A DNA stretch of 64,000 nt from a virus. The notes under the pieces are model-generated. The model was not told where the DNA came from, did not search any database, and saw only the letters and a list, made by a program, of their open reading frames with translations. The translations under genes were made by a program, and so were the position numbers. This document shows, one piece after another, positions 28,470-38,830 of the stretch; within the stretch, counting starts at the first letter, position 1, and each line of letters begins with the position of its first letter. The stretch spans positions 64,001 through 128,000 of IMG/VR virus record IMGVR_UViG_3300021959_007960. One strand, 5' to 3'.

Positions 28470-29102
28470 CTATTTGAGAACCTTATCTGCAAAACCATAA
28501 TACACAGAATCTTCAGCATTTAAAAACCAATCTCCATCTTTTAATTTTCTTTTCAACCAAGCGTTTACTTTTGATATGCTGTCTTTTGTACCTCCATATT
28601 TTTCTTTAAAATATTTACCTTTGTAACAATTGCTTGAATAAATATCAAACATAATATTACAAATATTTTTTTCAAACCTAACCCAATTTTGTACATTCAA
28701 ATATTCTCCATTAGCATCAGTTGTTCCATAATGAGGCATGAAGTAACTATGACGAGACATAATTCTTTCATCAGCAGCTTGTAAAATAATACTACTCATA
28801 CTTTCTGCTTGACCATATACAATAATTTTTACATAAGATTGACACATAGCAATAGCGTCAAAGATAGCCATACCATCCGACCATTCTCCACCAACACTAT
28901 TCATGTGTATAGTAATTTCATCGTTAGATTTTTTCTCTAGTATTTTTATATTCTTTAAAAAAACATTAGCCATTCTATAGTCAACGCCGGGATTTTCTTC
29001 TTCAGATGAGTAATAATTGTGTAAAAATATTTCTCTAGAGTGTAAAGATGCCCCGTAGTTGTGCATATCTTGTAAAATATCTGAATTATTATAATAGTTC
29101 AT
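28470..29102 (-). CDS. clpP: ClpP-like protease
   Basis: MNSVGG, AESMSS (Ser), MPH (His), DWFLNAEDSVYYGFAD. Confidence 0.9.
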   Translation of the reverse strand: MNYYNNSDILQDMHNYGASLHSREIFLHNYYSSEEENPGVDYRMANVFLKNIKILEKKSNDEITIHMNSVGGEWSDGMAIFDAIAMCQSYVKIIVYGQAESMSSIILQAADERIMSRHSYFMPHYGTTDANGEYLNVQNWVRFEKNICNIMFDIYSSNCYKGKYFKEKYGGTKDSISKVNAWLKRKLKDGDWFLNAEDSVYYGFADKVLK

Positions 29103-29530
29103 ATTATACTTTTTTGTATGACGTGATTAAGTAAAATATTAAAATCCATATCGGGGCTAAAACCACTATGCTGAGTGCTGTTTACTACTTTTGTCCATTG
29201 AAAATCCTCTAAACATTTGTATTGCAGAAGAATCCCTCCATAACAAACGATTAAGTCTTCTTTTTCTACAAAGTCAAAATTTTTATGAACATACTTGCAA
29301 GTTAATTCGTCTTGTATAGAAAGAAAATTATACTTACAAGCATCATTGAATTTTATAGAGCCTGCTTCAAAAAAGTTAACTATATGTTGCATAGCTTCCT
29401 TATGAAAGAACTCTGTATATTTAATTTCGACAAGAGGGACAATAAATTTTTCTCCCTTTAATGTTAATAAAAAACTTTCATTGTCTTTCGTATTTGCCGA
29501 AAAAATAATTGGTAAAATATAAACTTTCAT
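29099..29530 (-). CDS. Hypothetical protein
   Basis: Coupled ORF. Confidence 0.6.
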   Translation of the reverse strand: MKVYILPIIFSANTKDNESFLLTLKGEKFIVPLVEIKYTEFFHKEAMQHIVNFFEAGSIKFNDACKYNFLSIQDELTCKYVHKNFDFVEKEDLIVCYGGILLQYKCLEDFQWTKVVNSTQHSGFSPDMDFNILLNHVIQKSII

Positions 29531-30111
29531 ACAAATTCACCCTGTAGTTTTTTAATGCAGCTTTTAAGTGTCTGTCTAATTGCTTCTCTTGTTACTCCGT
29601 ATTTTTTGCCAACTTTAGCTAAACTATAACCTTCTAAATAATAAAGTCTAACTTTATCTTTTTGTTCTTGTGTTAATAATTTAGAATCAAAGATATCATT
29701 AATAGTCTGAAATTTTAAGTCTTCTTTTTCTTGGTCTAAAAGCTGTGTAATAGGTTCGTTCTGTCTTTCGTCTACTAGCAAATCAGTTAAATCCATTTCT
29801 TGATCTTGCACTAAATTGTTCAGGTAGACCGTTTTTCTTTTGAGTCTTTTTTTAAGATAGGTTTGAATGCCCCAAATAGCACATTGATTCCTATAAGAAT
29901 ATTGGGTTTTTGAAAGATTACTTATTTGCCCTTTTCTGTTAGGGTCATATTTCCAATCTCCCCACATAATAGCCTGAGCCACATCAGCAATTGCATCCTC
30001 ACTTTGAGACATCTGATAAGAAATGCCGGGACAAATTTTATCAGCAAAAGCCTTAATTGCTTTCTGTGCAATCTCTATATATTCTACCATATCCTTGTAT
30101 TCTGTTTCCAT
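29527..30111 (-). CDS. Phage RNA polymerase sigma factor (sigma70 family)
   Basis: Region 2-like DWKYDP..YSYRNQCAIW; region 4 HTH YSLAKVGKKYGVTREAIRQ. Confidence 0.85.
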   Translation of the reverse strand: METEYKDMVEYIEIAQKAIKAFADKICPGISYQMSQSEDAIADVAQAIMWGDWKYDPNRKGQISNLSKTQYSYRNQCAIWGIQTYLKKRLKRKTVYLNNLVQDQEMDLTDLLVDERQNEPITQLLDQEKEDLKFQTINDIFDSKLLTQEQKDKVRLYYLEGYSLAKVGKKYGVTREAIRQTLKSCIKKLQGEFV

Positions 30112-30156
30112 AATTAAAAGTCCTATCTAAATTGTCAAAAACAAACGTGCTCAAAG

Positions 30157-30546
30157 CTAACTGTTCTGAGCTCTTTTCCATGCTTCTTTATTAGGTCTGT
30201 CTTTATCTCCAGGTTTTGCTGGTTTATATTTCTTACCTTCACGAAGCTTTTTCTTTCTAATATTCTCCCACAAACTTGCAGGAGCCATATCTTCTTTATC
30301 GTCATCAGAAGGAACATACTTTACAAAATCATGAATTGTTGTCATGTAGTCTTCTGTTATAGCAATTTTACCCTGTAACCAACTCTCTGTCAAGTTGTTT
30401 TTTACCATAGGATTTTCAAGATCAGCTAAGATAGACTGTGCTTTACGCATAATAGCATTTAGTGAACCGATATTCATTTCCAGAAAATCTTTTTTGTATT
30501 CTGATAAATTATCTTGTGCTTCAGATAGAATTTTGTATTTTCTCAT
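30157..30546 (-). CDS. Hypothetical phage protein
   Basis: ESWLQGKI and SLWENIRKK modules typical of large-phage head-associated proteins. Confidence 0.6.
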   Translation of the reverse strand: MRKYKILSEAQDNLSEYKKDFLEMNIGSLNAIMRKAQSILADLENPMVKNNLTESWLQGKIAITEDYMTTIHDFVKYVPSDDDKEDMAPASLWENIRKKKLREGKKYKPAKPGDKDRPNKEAWKRAQNS

Positions 30547-31282
30547 AATATTTGCTCAGTATAGGGTAAATAGTTTGAATGATTTTTAGTGAGGCTTTAT
30601 TATCCGAAGGATAATGTACACCTTGTAATACACGAATATGGCCACATTTTTTTGCTAAAGAACGAAAAGACTGCCTTTTTTCAGGATATTTTTCACTTAA
30701 AATTTCCGCAGCCAAGCCTGCATACATGGTGTGACCACTAGGATATGCTGGTGTTCCATCACTACCAGTGCGTATAATATCAATAGGAATTTTATAAAAT
30801 TCTGCAATTTGAAAAGGTCTAGGTCTATTATAATAATATTTTAAATGATCAATTAATTCTTGTACAACTAAATTATATAAGGTAGCAAATTTATTATCTG
30901 GAAATATTAAATTATTACTATCTATAAAATCATTAAAAACAGAATTAGCATCCTCATCAACATCATAAACTAATTTGATCTGTTCACTAGTACGGTTTTG
31001 AGTAAGTGTACTAATATATGATATTTCTTTTTTAGTAGTAACCCCAGCATTAGACGGAGGCTTAGGCACAATATTAAATATGTCTATATTAGATAGTTCT
31101 GGAAAAGACATATGTACATACTTAGATTGTTTATAATCAAAATTTTGATCATAACGTAAATCATCAATATTAGAAATACTATATTGTAATTCTTTTTGAA
31201 CAGAGTGAATTAATCTAGGCATGTTATTACCAGAACTTACAAGACCAATATCTTGCTTTATGTTTTGGCCCCGGGTTATCAC
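30521..31282 (-). CDS. PAP2/acid phosphatase/vanadium haloperoxidase family protein
   Basis: KYYYNRPRP, YPSGH, RVLQGVHYPSD; true start probably MPRLIH (~31222). Confidence 0.85.
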   Translation of the reverse strand: MITRGQNIKQDIGLVSSGNNMPRLIHSVQKELQYSISNIDDLRYDQNFDYKQSKYVHMSFPELSNIDIFNIVPKPPSNAGVTTKKEISYISTLTQNRTSEQIKLVYDVDEDANSVFNDFIDSNNLIFPDNKFATLYNLVVQELIDHLKYYYNRPRPFQIAEFYKIPIDIIRTGSDGTPAYPSGHTMYAGLAAEILSEKYPEKRQSFRSLAKKCGHIRVLQGVHYPSDNKASLKIIQTIYPILSKYYEKIQNSI

Positions 31283-31742
31283 AATTATGTCTAGCTCTAA
31301 AAGATTTTCGTCTAGCAGGATCGCTTTTTTTGATCTTCATGTTAGGATCGCCAAAGTTTACCTTAACGACATTACCTTTATCGTTTTTAACATAAACGCT
31401 TCTCTTCTTTGGCCCTTTAGGAGTCAGGAAAGGTTTGTTGAGAGTTACTTTTCTACCTTGGTATTCTGCTCCTAAAGCATTACCTTCTTCATCATAAACC
31501 ATTTCTGCTACAACCTCCTGAACAAATTCATCACACTCATCATCCCATGTAGCATTTGCAACTAATAATTCATCGTGAACATCTGATATTAAAGATGACT
31601 TGGTGCCTTCTTTAGCTTCTTTAACACAGTAGGCTATACGCTGCTTTGTGTCTGAAAAATCTTTTTTAGAATTCGGATCAGACATACAACGACTTACAAA
31701 TTTCTTTCGATCTTCACCGGGCTTATGTTTTGGTAGAGGCAT
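31227..31742 (-). CDS. Conserved large-phage hypothetical protein
   Basis: AEYQGRKVTLNKP...RRKSFRARHNC...ARYWSC module. Confidence 0.7.
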   Translation of the reverse strand: MPLPKHKPGEDRKKFVSRCMSDPNSKKDFSDTKQRIAYCVKEAKEGTKSSLISDVHDELLVANATWDDECDEFVQEVVAEMVYDEEGNALGAEYQGRKVTLNKPFLTPKGPKKRSVYVKNDKGNVVKVNFGDPNMKIKKSDPARRKSFRARHNCDNPGPKHKARYWSCKFW

Positions 31743-32814
31743 TTAACATCTCCTTAGATAAAATAGAGGCTGTATTATTCCATGTGTATTGTTTAACTGT
31801 TTCAAGACCTGCTGTATTAGTCTTGACACTATCTTTATACACCCTTTTCAGAAACTCTACAGTTTGATCCATTTGATTTGATCCTAAATCTGCCCATTGA
31901 CCCTCATTATTGAAAAATTTACCATCATCAGCACTGGTTAAATTATCAATTTCAATTAGCATACTATTATCTTTTGTACAATATTCTGTATGTGCTGAAT
32001 AATTTGTGGCAATAATAGGCTTATTTAAAGCCATGACTTCTAGAATCTCGTTGTTCCAACCCTCAGCCCTTGCTGGGAAAACACCACAATCACAATGCTG
32101 AATAACTTTAGACAGATCATTATGTGTAGCAAGTCTAGGTAGGATGGTTACTTTTTCTCCTAGCTTACTATTTTTATACATATCTGCCCAAATTTGATTT
32201 TCCTGTCCACTTAGAAAAGGATTTTGATTAATCATAACTAGTTCAACATTATCTTCTTTTTCAAAAGCCTTATTAAAAGCTTCTAGTAAAAAATCATGTC
32301 CTTTACGAATTTCCCATTTCCCAATGTTAATAAATCTATACGCTTCTTTTTCAAACGGTGACTTACCATTTCTATTTTGGAAAACTGTTGTATCAACAGC
32401 CAGTGGAGAAACTACAACAGGAATTGTGATATCATTTTTTTCCAAGACAGTCTTAGCCCATTTGCTTGCAACAAATACAACATCTAAATTATTAATCATA
32501 TGTTTTTCGAGATCTTTCAATGTGTCTATCTCAAAAAATATTAATGCTCCATATTTGCCATTTCCTATTCTACTAGCTAAATCATATTGATGCCAAATTT
32601 TTAAACATGGAGCGTTACCCGTCCAGTTTTTTAAAGTGTCTTCCAATATAGATTTGACCATCTTTTCATGTTGTGCTTCTACAGAAGTTTGTCCAATACC
32701 AAACAGCTTCACATCAACATCTTTGTCTTCATGCAAGGCTTTTAAGATGTTGGTTGACGTAATACCATATCCAGTACTATTATTAATTGGAGCATTTAAA
32801 TTAAGTGTTGACAT
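31723..32814 (-). CDS. Glycosyltransferase family 4
   Basis: TGYG, GKWEIRKG, RAEGWNNEILEVMA. Confidence 0.88.
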   Translation of the reverse strand: MSTLNLNAPINNSTGYGITSTNILKALHEDKDVDVKLFGIGQTSVEAQHEKMVKSILEDTLKNWTGNAPCLKIWHQYDLASRIGNGKYGALIFFEIDTLKDLEKHMINNLDVVFVASKWAKTVLEKNDITIPVVVSPLAVDTTVFQNRNGKSPFEKEAYRFINIGKWEIRKGHDFLLEAFNKAFEKEDNVELVMINQNPFLSGQENQIWADMYKNSKLGEKVTILPRLATHNDLSKVIQHCDCGVFPARAEGWNNEILEVMALNKPIIATNYSAHTEYCTKDNSMLIEIDNLTSADDGKFFNNEGQWADLGSNQMDQTVEFLKRVYKDSVKTNTAGLETVKQYTWNNTASILSKEMLNASTKT

Positions 32815-32844
32815 ATTTATTCCTTGTTTTTAAAAGTATTTTAT

Positions 32845-33597
32845 TTATTCTCCCAAATAGTATTTTCGTACGACTCTAGGATCATCATTAACTTTAGATA
32901 AGTTAACTTTATTGTAGTGTAACAAAGCAATCGTGTCCATACCAACACATTTCATACCATACTTTCTATAGTCAAGCCATTGTTTCATTTCTTCTTCCCA
33001 TAAGTCCCATGACTCAATATCTTTAGGGATATGAATTGCCATTCTGTCGTTAGGAATTGCTTCTCTCATCTTTTTAATAGCGTTTTGGAATTTTTCATGC
33101 TTAAAATCACCGGGAACACCCAAACTCAAAGATAAATCATACGGACCAATAAGATGAAAATCAAAACCATAATTTCTAATTTTATCAATATTATCAATTC
33201 CTAGTTTAGATTCAATTTGAGGAACGATTATAGGGATTCTACTGACCAGACCACCTTTTTCTCCCCATGAGTTTTCTCTGACGAGACCTAAACCTCTTTT
33301 GCCTTTAGGGGGATAGTAACAAGCATTTATTATCTCTTGGCATTGTTGTTCTGTTTCCACTGTAGAGAATATCAAGCCATCACATCCTGCATCAAGACAA
33401 TACCTAACTAGTGTTAGATTAACTTCTGTAAGTCTTACAAAAGCTTTTAGTCCTTTTAGTTTAATAATTTGTATAGAACTAAAAATACTTTCATTATTAA
33501 AACAACCATGTTCGGTATCTAGCACAACGCCATCGAAACCTTTACACATGATTTCGGTTATTTGAGTAGATGGAATTTGCTGCCACGATAGTTTCAT
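32845..33597 (-). CDS. HpcH/HpaI class II pyruvate aldolase
   Basis: LDTEHG, LDAG, YPPKGKRG, QIES, IGPYDLS. Confidence 0.9.
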   Translation of the reverse strand: MKLSWQQIPSTQITEIMCKGFDGVVLDTEHGCFNNESIFSSIQIIKLKGLKAFVRLTEVNLTLVRYCLDAGCDGLIFSTVETEQQCQEIINACYYPPKGKRGLGLVRENSWGEKGGLVSRIPIIVPQIESKLGIDNIDKIRNYGFDFHLIGPYDLSLSLGVPGDFKHEKFQNAIKKMREAIPNDRMAIHIPKDIESWDLWEEEMKQWLDYRKYGMKCVGMDTIALLHYNKVNLSKVNDDPRVVRKYYLGE

Positions 33598-34076
33598 TGA
33601 TAATCTCCTATATAATCAGAACAAATACCAGCACAATTTTCAAAGTAAACTTGATGATATTCTAATGAACATTTTTCTGGAAGTACCCATATTGATTGCG
33701 AACCTATGCTATATCCTGGATATGTCCAGATATAACCGTTGCTCGTTAATGTATAATAGTCATTTTGATGCCAAAGGCAAGTAGCTTTTATATTTAATAG
33801 GTTCTCTAATGCTGATAAATTTTTAGCATGGCACCACAAATGTTGCTTATATTCGAGAAAAAATGATAAATCTATATTGACAGAACCTTCGTCATGACCT
33901 AGCCACCATTTATTTTTTTTACAAACCCTTACATCTATTTCAACATCAAATCCTTTTTTTATTGCAGAAATTATGTAATCGGGCGTATTCTCGTATTCAG
34001 GATTGGGGCCGTTTATATTCCCTCTATGTGATATGTATATTTTATTCATTGTTTTATTATATATGCTGTTGGACAT
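33594..34076 (-). CDS. Small GDPD/PLC-like phosphodiesterase
   Basis: ISHRGN, ENTP, VEIDV, LGHD, WCHAKN, GICSD. Confidence 0.8.
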   Translation of the reverse strand: MSNSIYNKTMNKIYISHRGNINGPNPEYENTPDYIISAIKKGFDVEIDVRVCKKNKWWLGHDEGSVNIDLSFFLEYKQHLWCHAKNLSALENLLNIKATCLWHQNDYYTLTSNGYIWTYPGYSIGSQSIWVLPEKCSLEYHQVYFENCAGICSDYIGDYQ

Positions 34077-34741
34077 ATATAGTTTAGTGTTTTAATTGTA
34101 ATATTTTTATCTTTAAAAAATCTGTCCACACCATTTGCTTCAGACCATTTATGAAAAGCGTATTCATCAAATACTACGATACCTCCTCTTGATACTTTAT
34201 CCCACAATGCGTTAAGAGTTTCGTAGCTGGGTACATCTAAGTCTAAATCAATATATAGTAAAGATATTCTAAATCCCGGTTTGTCTTTCACATATTCGTG
34301 AGATGTTTGAGTAATATCACCAGCAACTAATTCAAATTCATGTTCTGCAAAACCACAATTTAAAATATATTCAGCTAATATTTCTTCGTGCTTATTTTTG
34401 TGCTCATAATTTCTACCTTCAAACAAAGTTGCCATAGCCTCTCTGTCGATATCTTTTAAGGTTTTTAATAGGTCGGACGAATTAAAAAAGTCAAAACCAA
34501 TTACTTTCTTATGTCCATTGGGACACAGAAATTTTTTGGCTTTTAGAAAGGTCATAAGACCAGTTCCTTTAAATACTCCGCATTCTACAATGTCTCCCGG
34601 TATGTCTTTGACTTGATCTAATAGTAAACATCTAGCCAGTAGTTTGCCGAATACTTTTGTGTCCGCACTTAATATGAAATCATTAAAACTATCAAACAAA
34701 TGTTGACTAGAATTTATAATTTCTAAATCTTTTATTTTCAT
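34046..34741 (-). CDS. TylF/NovP-family sugar O-methyltransferase
   Basis: PGDIVECGVFKG, GFDFF, IDLDL, GGIVVFDEY. Confidence 0.88.
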   Translation of the reverse strand: MKIKDLEIINSSQHLFDSFNDFILSADTKVFGKLLARCLLLDQVKDIPGDIVECGVFKGTGLMTFLKAKKFLCPNGHKKVIGFDFFNSSDLLKTLKDIDREAMATLFEGRNYEHKNKHEEILAEYILNCGFAEHEFELVAGDITQTSHEYVKDKPGFRISLLYIDLDLDVPSYETLNALWDKVSRGGIVVFDEYAFHKWSEANGVDRFFKDKNITIKTLNYICPTAYIIKQ

Positions 34742-36114
34742 TATTGTTTACCATATTCCTTATTAAATATATCTAAATCTTCAGGAGTTCCTATTCCCCA
34801 CATACCATCGAAATGAAAAGTTTTAATTTTCTTGTGGTCTTTGATGGCTTCATTAAATACCGGGCACACATAAAACTCATTATTCACTCTAATATTTTCT
34901 CTTATCATTTGTTCAGCGTATTTTACATAATCAGATCCATGTTTCCAATAATAAACTCCTACTGTTGCAATATCACTAATTGGCTTTTTCTCTGCTACTT
35001 CAGTAACAAAACCATCATTGTCTAATTTAGCAAAGCTCCACTTAGGGTGAGTAGCCGTAAAAGTTAGCATACCTCCATCAATTTCATCTGCTTCCATTGA
35101 ATACATAAATTCGTTACTATCCCAATCTAAAAATTGATCTGAATTGGCAAACACCAAAGGTTCATTATTATCTATAAATTTTTTAGCAAGTAAAGTTGTG
35201 CAAGCAGCGCCTTCTGTCACGCCATCTACACATACAATTTCACAATTTGGAGAAACTAGATTAAGTAAATGTTTTAAATTGTATTTTTCGTAGTGAGATT
35301 TTTGTACCACAAATATATGTTTAGCATCAATATTTAAGCTATCTACAACTAATTGTATCATGGGCTTACCTTTAACCTCAATTAAGGGCTTGGGAAAAGT
35401 GTACCCTGCTTGTTCAAATCTTGATCCAGCACCCGCCATAGGGATTAGCACATTCATCTTATCTCCTTGCCATTTGGGTTTAATTGTGGCTTGTTTATCT
35501 ATTTTATTTATAAAATTTTGTATTTTATTGTATGTCACATCACTACTATTTTTTACTGGGCATAAATGACCACCACTATTAATGGCAGCTTTTCTTCCAT
35601 GATGTGAATCTTCTATGATAAGTGTTTCTTGTGGATCAACGTCTGCTTTCAACATGCATCTTAAATATATTTCAGAACTTGGTTTGGGCTTGTTCACATC
35701 TTGATTAGAATACATAAAATCAATATATTCAAAAAATCCCTTTTTTATCAACTGTAATTTTGCTGTATCTCTAATAGAATTGGTGGCACATGCAATAGTA
35801 ATTCCTTGTTCTTTTATTTTTTGTAGTAAAGAAATAATTCTAAGATCAGGCTCAAAACGCCGAATAATATCTAGTGTTTTTTCTTGTTTTAATTTCCATA
35901 TTTCATCATGTAGGTGTTGTGGTAAATTTTTTTCTTTTGTAAGCATGTTCAGCTTTTTAGTAGTAGAGAGACCATCATAGGTAGATAAATGCTCTTGCCT
36001 GCCTATAACATATTTATTGTTTATGGTTGATAGTGCAGCATTTAGAGCTTCATAATGTAGTTCTCTTGCGTCTACTAAAACTCCATCTAAATCAAAAATT
36101 ATTAATTTAATCAT
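34741..36114 (-). CDS. HAD phosphatase fused to sugar nucleotidyltransferase
   Basis: FDLDGVL, KP, IEDS; then IPMAGAGSRF..PKPLI, GTPEDL. Confidence 0.92.
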   Translation of the reverse strand: MIKLIIFDLDGVLVDARELHYEALNAALSTINNKYVIGRQEHLSTYDGLSTTKKLNMLTKEKNLPQHLHDEIWKLKQEKTLDIIRRFEPDLRIISLLQKIKEQGITIACATNSIRDTAKLQLIKKGFFEYIDFMYSNQDVNKPKPSSEIYLRCMLKADVDPQETLIIEDSHHGRKAAINSGGHLCPVKNSSDVTYNKIQNFINKIDKQATIKPKWQGDKMNVLIPMAGAGSRFEQAGYTFPKPLIEVKGKPMIQLVVDSLNIDAKHIFVVQKSHYEKYNLKHLLNLVSPNCEIVCVDGVTEGAACTTLLAKKFIDNNEPLVFANSDQFLDWDSNEFMYSMEADEIDGGMLTFTATHPKWSFAKLDNDGFVTEVAEKKPISDIATVGVYYWKHGSDYVKYAEQMIRENIRVNNEFYVCPVFNEAIKDHKKIKTFHFDGMWGIGTPEDLDIFNKEYGKQ

Positions 36115-37040
36115 GTCCTAAAGGGTTGTCCTTTTTTAAATGGGTGTACATCTATATCACAACACTTATCAGCGTCTAACCAGTAATCGCCTTTACGCCA
36201 TCCAACATAATTCTTATCTCTCAGTTCAATGTCTTTTTCAAAATAAGCATATTGCACAAAGTTTGGTGCTTTTGGTGGAGATGGTGGATTGTTTATAAAA
36301 TCTTCTGACCATTTCGTTAGCCAGCCGTAATAACTTGGCTGAGTTTTCCAAGTATCTTTCCATTTCCAATAAAAGATTTGTGAAGTATGATACCAGCCTT
36401 CTCTGCTGTTTTCATTATTTTTAAAAGTAGCACGCCAATCTGCATCATTACCTTGATACTCGCTAGTATCTAACTCTAAAGCATCTGCAACATTCAATAA
36501 TCTTCCGTGGGCTTTGTCATTAATTAATGATTTATCTTTATTATAAATTAATGCCCTAATAAAATAGTCTGCTTCTTTATTTACTGGAGTTAGATATCTT
36601 TCGTCCCACATGCCAATTTTCTGTACTGCTTCAGGTTTATAGCTTATAATATTATCACCAAGCTGACCAGTTACAAATGTGTATTTTTTGTGCATTTTAA
36701 TTAAATTAGTGGCCCAGTTTTTACCTAATACAATATCATTCTGCATGGTTGTCACAATATCTGCATCAGGATTTTTTAGGTCTTTAAACCCATGCAATAA
36801 AGACTCATTCCAATTTCTAGCTAAGTTACCAGTGTCCCAATCAGGTCTAGTATTATTATGTATTACATTTACTTTATTTTCAAACTGAGAATCTAATGAA
36901 AACTCAGAATGATTATTAATAATATTAACTTGTGTGTTTGGAATAGACATAAAATCAGTATGATTAAACAATCTGTCTAATGTATTATTTAAAGTTTTAA
37001 CTCTTCTGTAGGTAACAATAAAAACTTTAATATTTTTCAT
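36111..37040 (-). CDS. Glycosyltransferase family 2-like
   Basis: IVTYRR, LARNWN, QND, IGMWDERY, EADY. Confidence 0.75.
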   Translation of the reverse strand: MKNIKVFIVTYRRVKTLNNTLDRLFNHTDFMSIPNTQVNIINNHSEFSLDSQFENKVNVIHNNTRPDWDTGNLARNWNESLLHGFKDLKNPDADIVTTMQNDIVLGKNWATNLIKMHKKYTFVTGQLGDNIISYKPEAVQKIGMWDERYLTPVNKEADYFIRALIYNKDKSLINDKAHGRLLNVADALELDTSEYQGNDADWRATFKNNENSREGWYHTSQIFYWKWKDTWKTQPSYYGWLTKWSEDFINNPPSPPKAPNFVQYAYFEKDIELRDKNYVGWRKGDYWLDADKCCDIDVHPFKKGQPFRT

Positions 37041-37768
37041 GTTCTTCCCTTGTTTTTGTACAGCATTTCCGCTAACATAAAATCAAACTCATTGTCCACA
37101 TCTACGGCTTCTACATCGTCTATCATGTACGCATAAAAATGATCTCCTAAAATATTTTTATTTTTAATCATGACATTTCTAGGTAAAATATTAGCGGCAA
37201 AATTTAAGGCATAAATTTGAGGCAAGTCTTGTGATCTTGGATGATTTTTAGGATCATAGTTTATTGCCTTGTTATCTAACCACATGTATTCTTGTATAAT
37301 ATTTGTAGTGACTACACAATCGTATTCTGTTTTGTTTTTATATATATCAATACATGATTCTATGGTGTCGGTAGACACTAATGGGCTTGTTACAGGAGTC
37401 CACAAGATATCTTTGCAGTCCATGATAGAAGCTAAATGAACATACACATCACCCATAGGAACAGAATCACTAGCATAGTAAGGATCTCTTTTCATAGGAT
37501 GCGCACCTAAATCACTCGCTATGTCAAGCATTTCTTCACTATCTGAACTAACTACGACCTTTCTTACGTCTTTTAAAGACAAGGTTTGTTTTACTTTTGC
37601 CGAAAGCATATTTGTATCACCAAAAGGTCTAATATTTTTATTAGGAACTCTTTTTGATCCTGCTCTCACTGCTATAAGAACGTTAATATCAATATCTCTG
37701 ATCATTAAAACTGACCTCCGTTTACGTCTAATGTAGTGCCTGCTATATAAGAGGCAGCACTTGAACAC
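37037..37768 (-). CDS. Acylneuraminate cytidylyltransferase (NeuA/CMAS family)
   Basis: VRAGSKRVPNKN, TSPL, RSQDL, VDVDNEFD; start likely MIRD (~37705). Confidence 0.9.
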   Translation of the reverse strand: MFKCCLLYSRHYIRRKRRSVLMIRDIDINVLIAVRAGSKRVPNKNIRPFGDTNMLSAKVKQTLSLKDVRKVVVSSDSEEMLDIASDLGAHPMKRDPYYASDSVPMGDVYVHLASIMDCKDILWTPVTSPLVSTDTIESCIDIYKNKTEYDCVVTTNIIQEYMWLDNKAINYDPKNHPRSQDLPQIYALNFAANILPRNVMIKNKNILGDHFYAYMIDDVEAVDVDNEFDFMLAEMLYKNKGRT

Positions 37769-38424
37769 AAAAATAATATAGGTATTGCTTGTTCTTTTGT
37801 AGAAGCTATTCTTTTAACAGGTATAGATTGTTCTAATTTGTGTCTTTGACTGTCTGACATTGACTCTTTTAACATTTGGGTCATTGTTTGGCTAGGACAA
37901 ACAGAATTCACCAATATATTAAATTGAGAAACTTCATTAGCTAATTGTTTTGTTAAACCTATAACACCATACTTGCTGGCAGTGTAATGAACGCCACTAA
38001 CAATGCTTTTATTTCTCCCTGCAATAGAAGAAACATTAACAATTCTACCGTAGTTAAAACGCTTCATTAGTTTTACAGACTCTTTACAAATAATGAAGAA
38101 AGACTTTAAGTTTACAGACATAAGCCTGTCCCATTCTTCTGTACTAATATTTTCTATTGGCTCACATAGGTTAGTACCGGCAACATTAATTACAAAATCT
38201 AATCTATCAAACTGCTTGAATACATTGCAGATTTCAGATTCTTTAGATATGTCACATTCTATAAAGTTTAAATTTGTTATCAAAGGATTAGTTCTAGATA
38301 TACAATATACTTTTGCATTGCATTGTAAAAATTGTTCACAAACTTCCTTACCAATACCTTTACTTCCTCCAAATACTAGTACTATTTTATCTTTAAAATC
38401 AAACTTAATATCATTCATACACAT
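37705..38424 (-). CDS. Short-chain dehydrogenase/reductase
   Basis: GGSKGIG, NVAG, NVSS, YTASK. Confidence 0.92.
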   Translation of the reverse strand: MCMNDIKFDFKDKIVLVFGGSKGIGKEVCEQFLQCNAKVYCISRTNPLITNLNFIECDISKESEICNVFKQFDRLDFVINVAGTNLCEPIENISTEEWDRLMSVNLKSFFIICKESVKLMKRFNYGRIVNVSSIAGRNKSIVSGVHYTASKYGVIGLTKQLANEVSQFNILVNSVCPSQTMTQMLKESMSDSQRHKLEQSIPVKRIASTKEQAIPILFLCSSAASYIAGTTLDVNGGQF

Positions 38425-38830
38425 GATTTACATCCGGTCTTGTTATAGCATACCTAACGCCAGGTTTATTTCCTATACATTTAATATGATGCCATGTGTT
38501 TTTAGGCACCACAATAATGTCATTGGTTTTAACAACTTTAGTACCAATACCTTCTATCCACCACTCCCATTCTCCATCTAATATAACCCAGTTTTCATCG
38601 GCATCTGGATGAAAATGTTTTCTGTTCCCTTCACCGGGATGCTGCTGTATAACAACACCTCCAAACAAATCATTATAAGCTATCCTCGCAGCCCACGAAC
38701 CCATACCCAGATCCGAACGCAGTTGTTCTAAATTAACTGTGCTACAGTTTTCGTATTTGACAAGTTCAGATACGGGAACACCATCGTTTTTTAATACATT
38801 ATTTAAATTGCTATCAGAATTTTTACTCAT
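38411..38830 (-). CDS. Cupin domain protein
   Basis: HFHPDADE.W..L.G; VPKNTWH. Confidence 0.85.
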   Translation of the reverse strand: MSKNSDSNLNNVLKNDGVPVSELVKYENCSTVNLEQLRSDLGMGSWAARIAYNDLFGGVVIQQHPGEGNRKHFHPDADENWVILDGEWEWWIEGIGTKVVKTNDIIVVPKNTWHHIKCIGNKPGVRYAITRPDVNHVYE

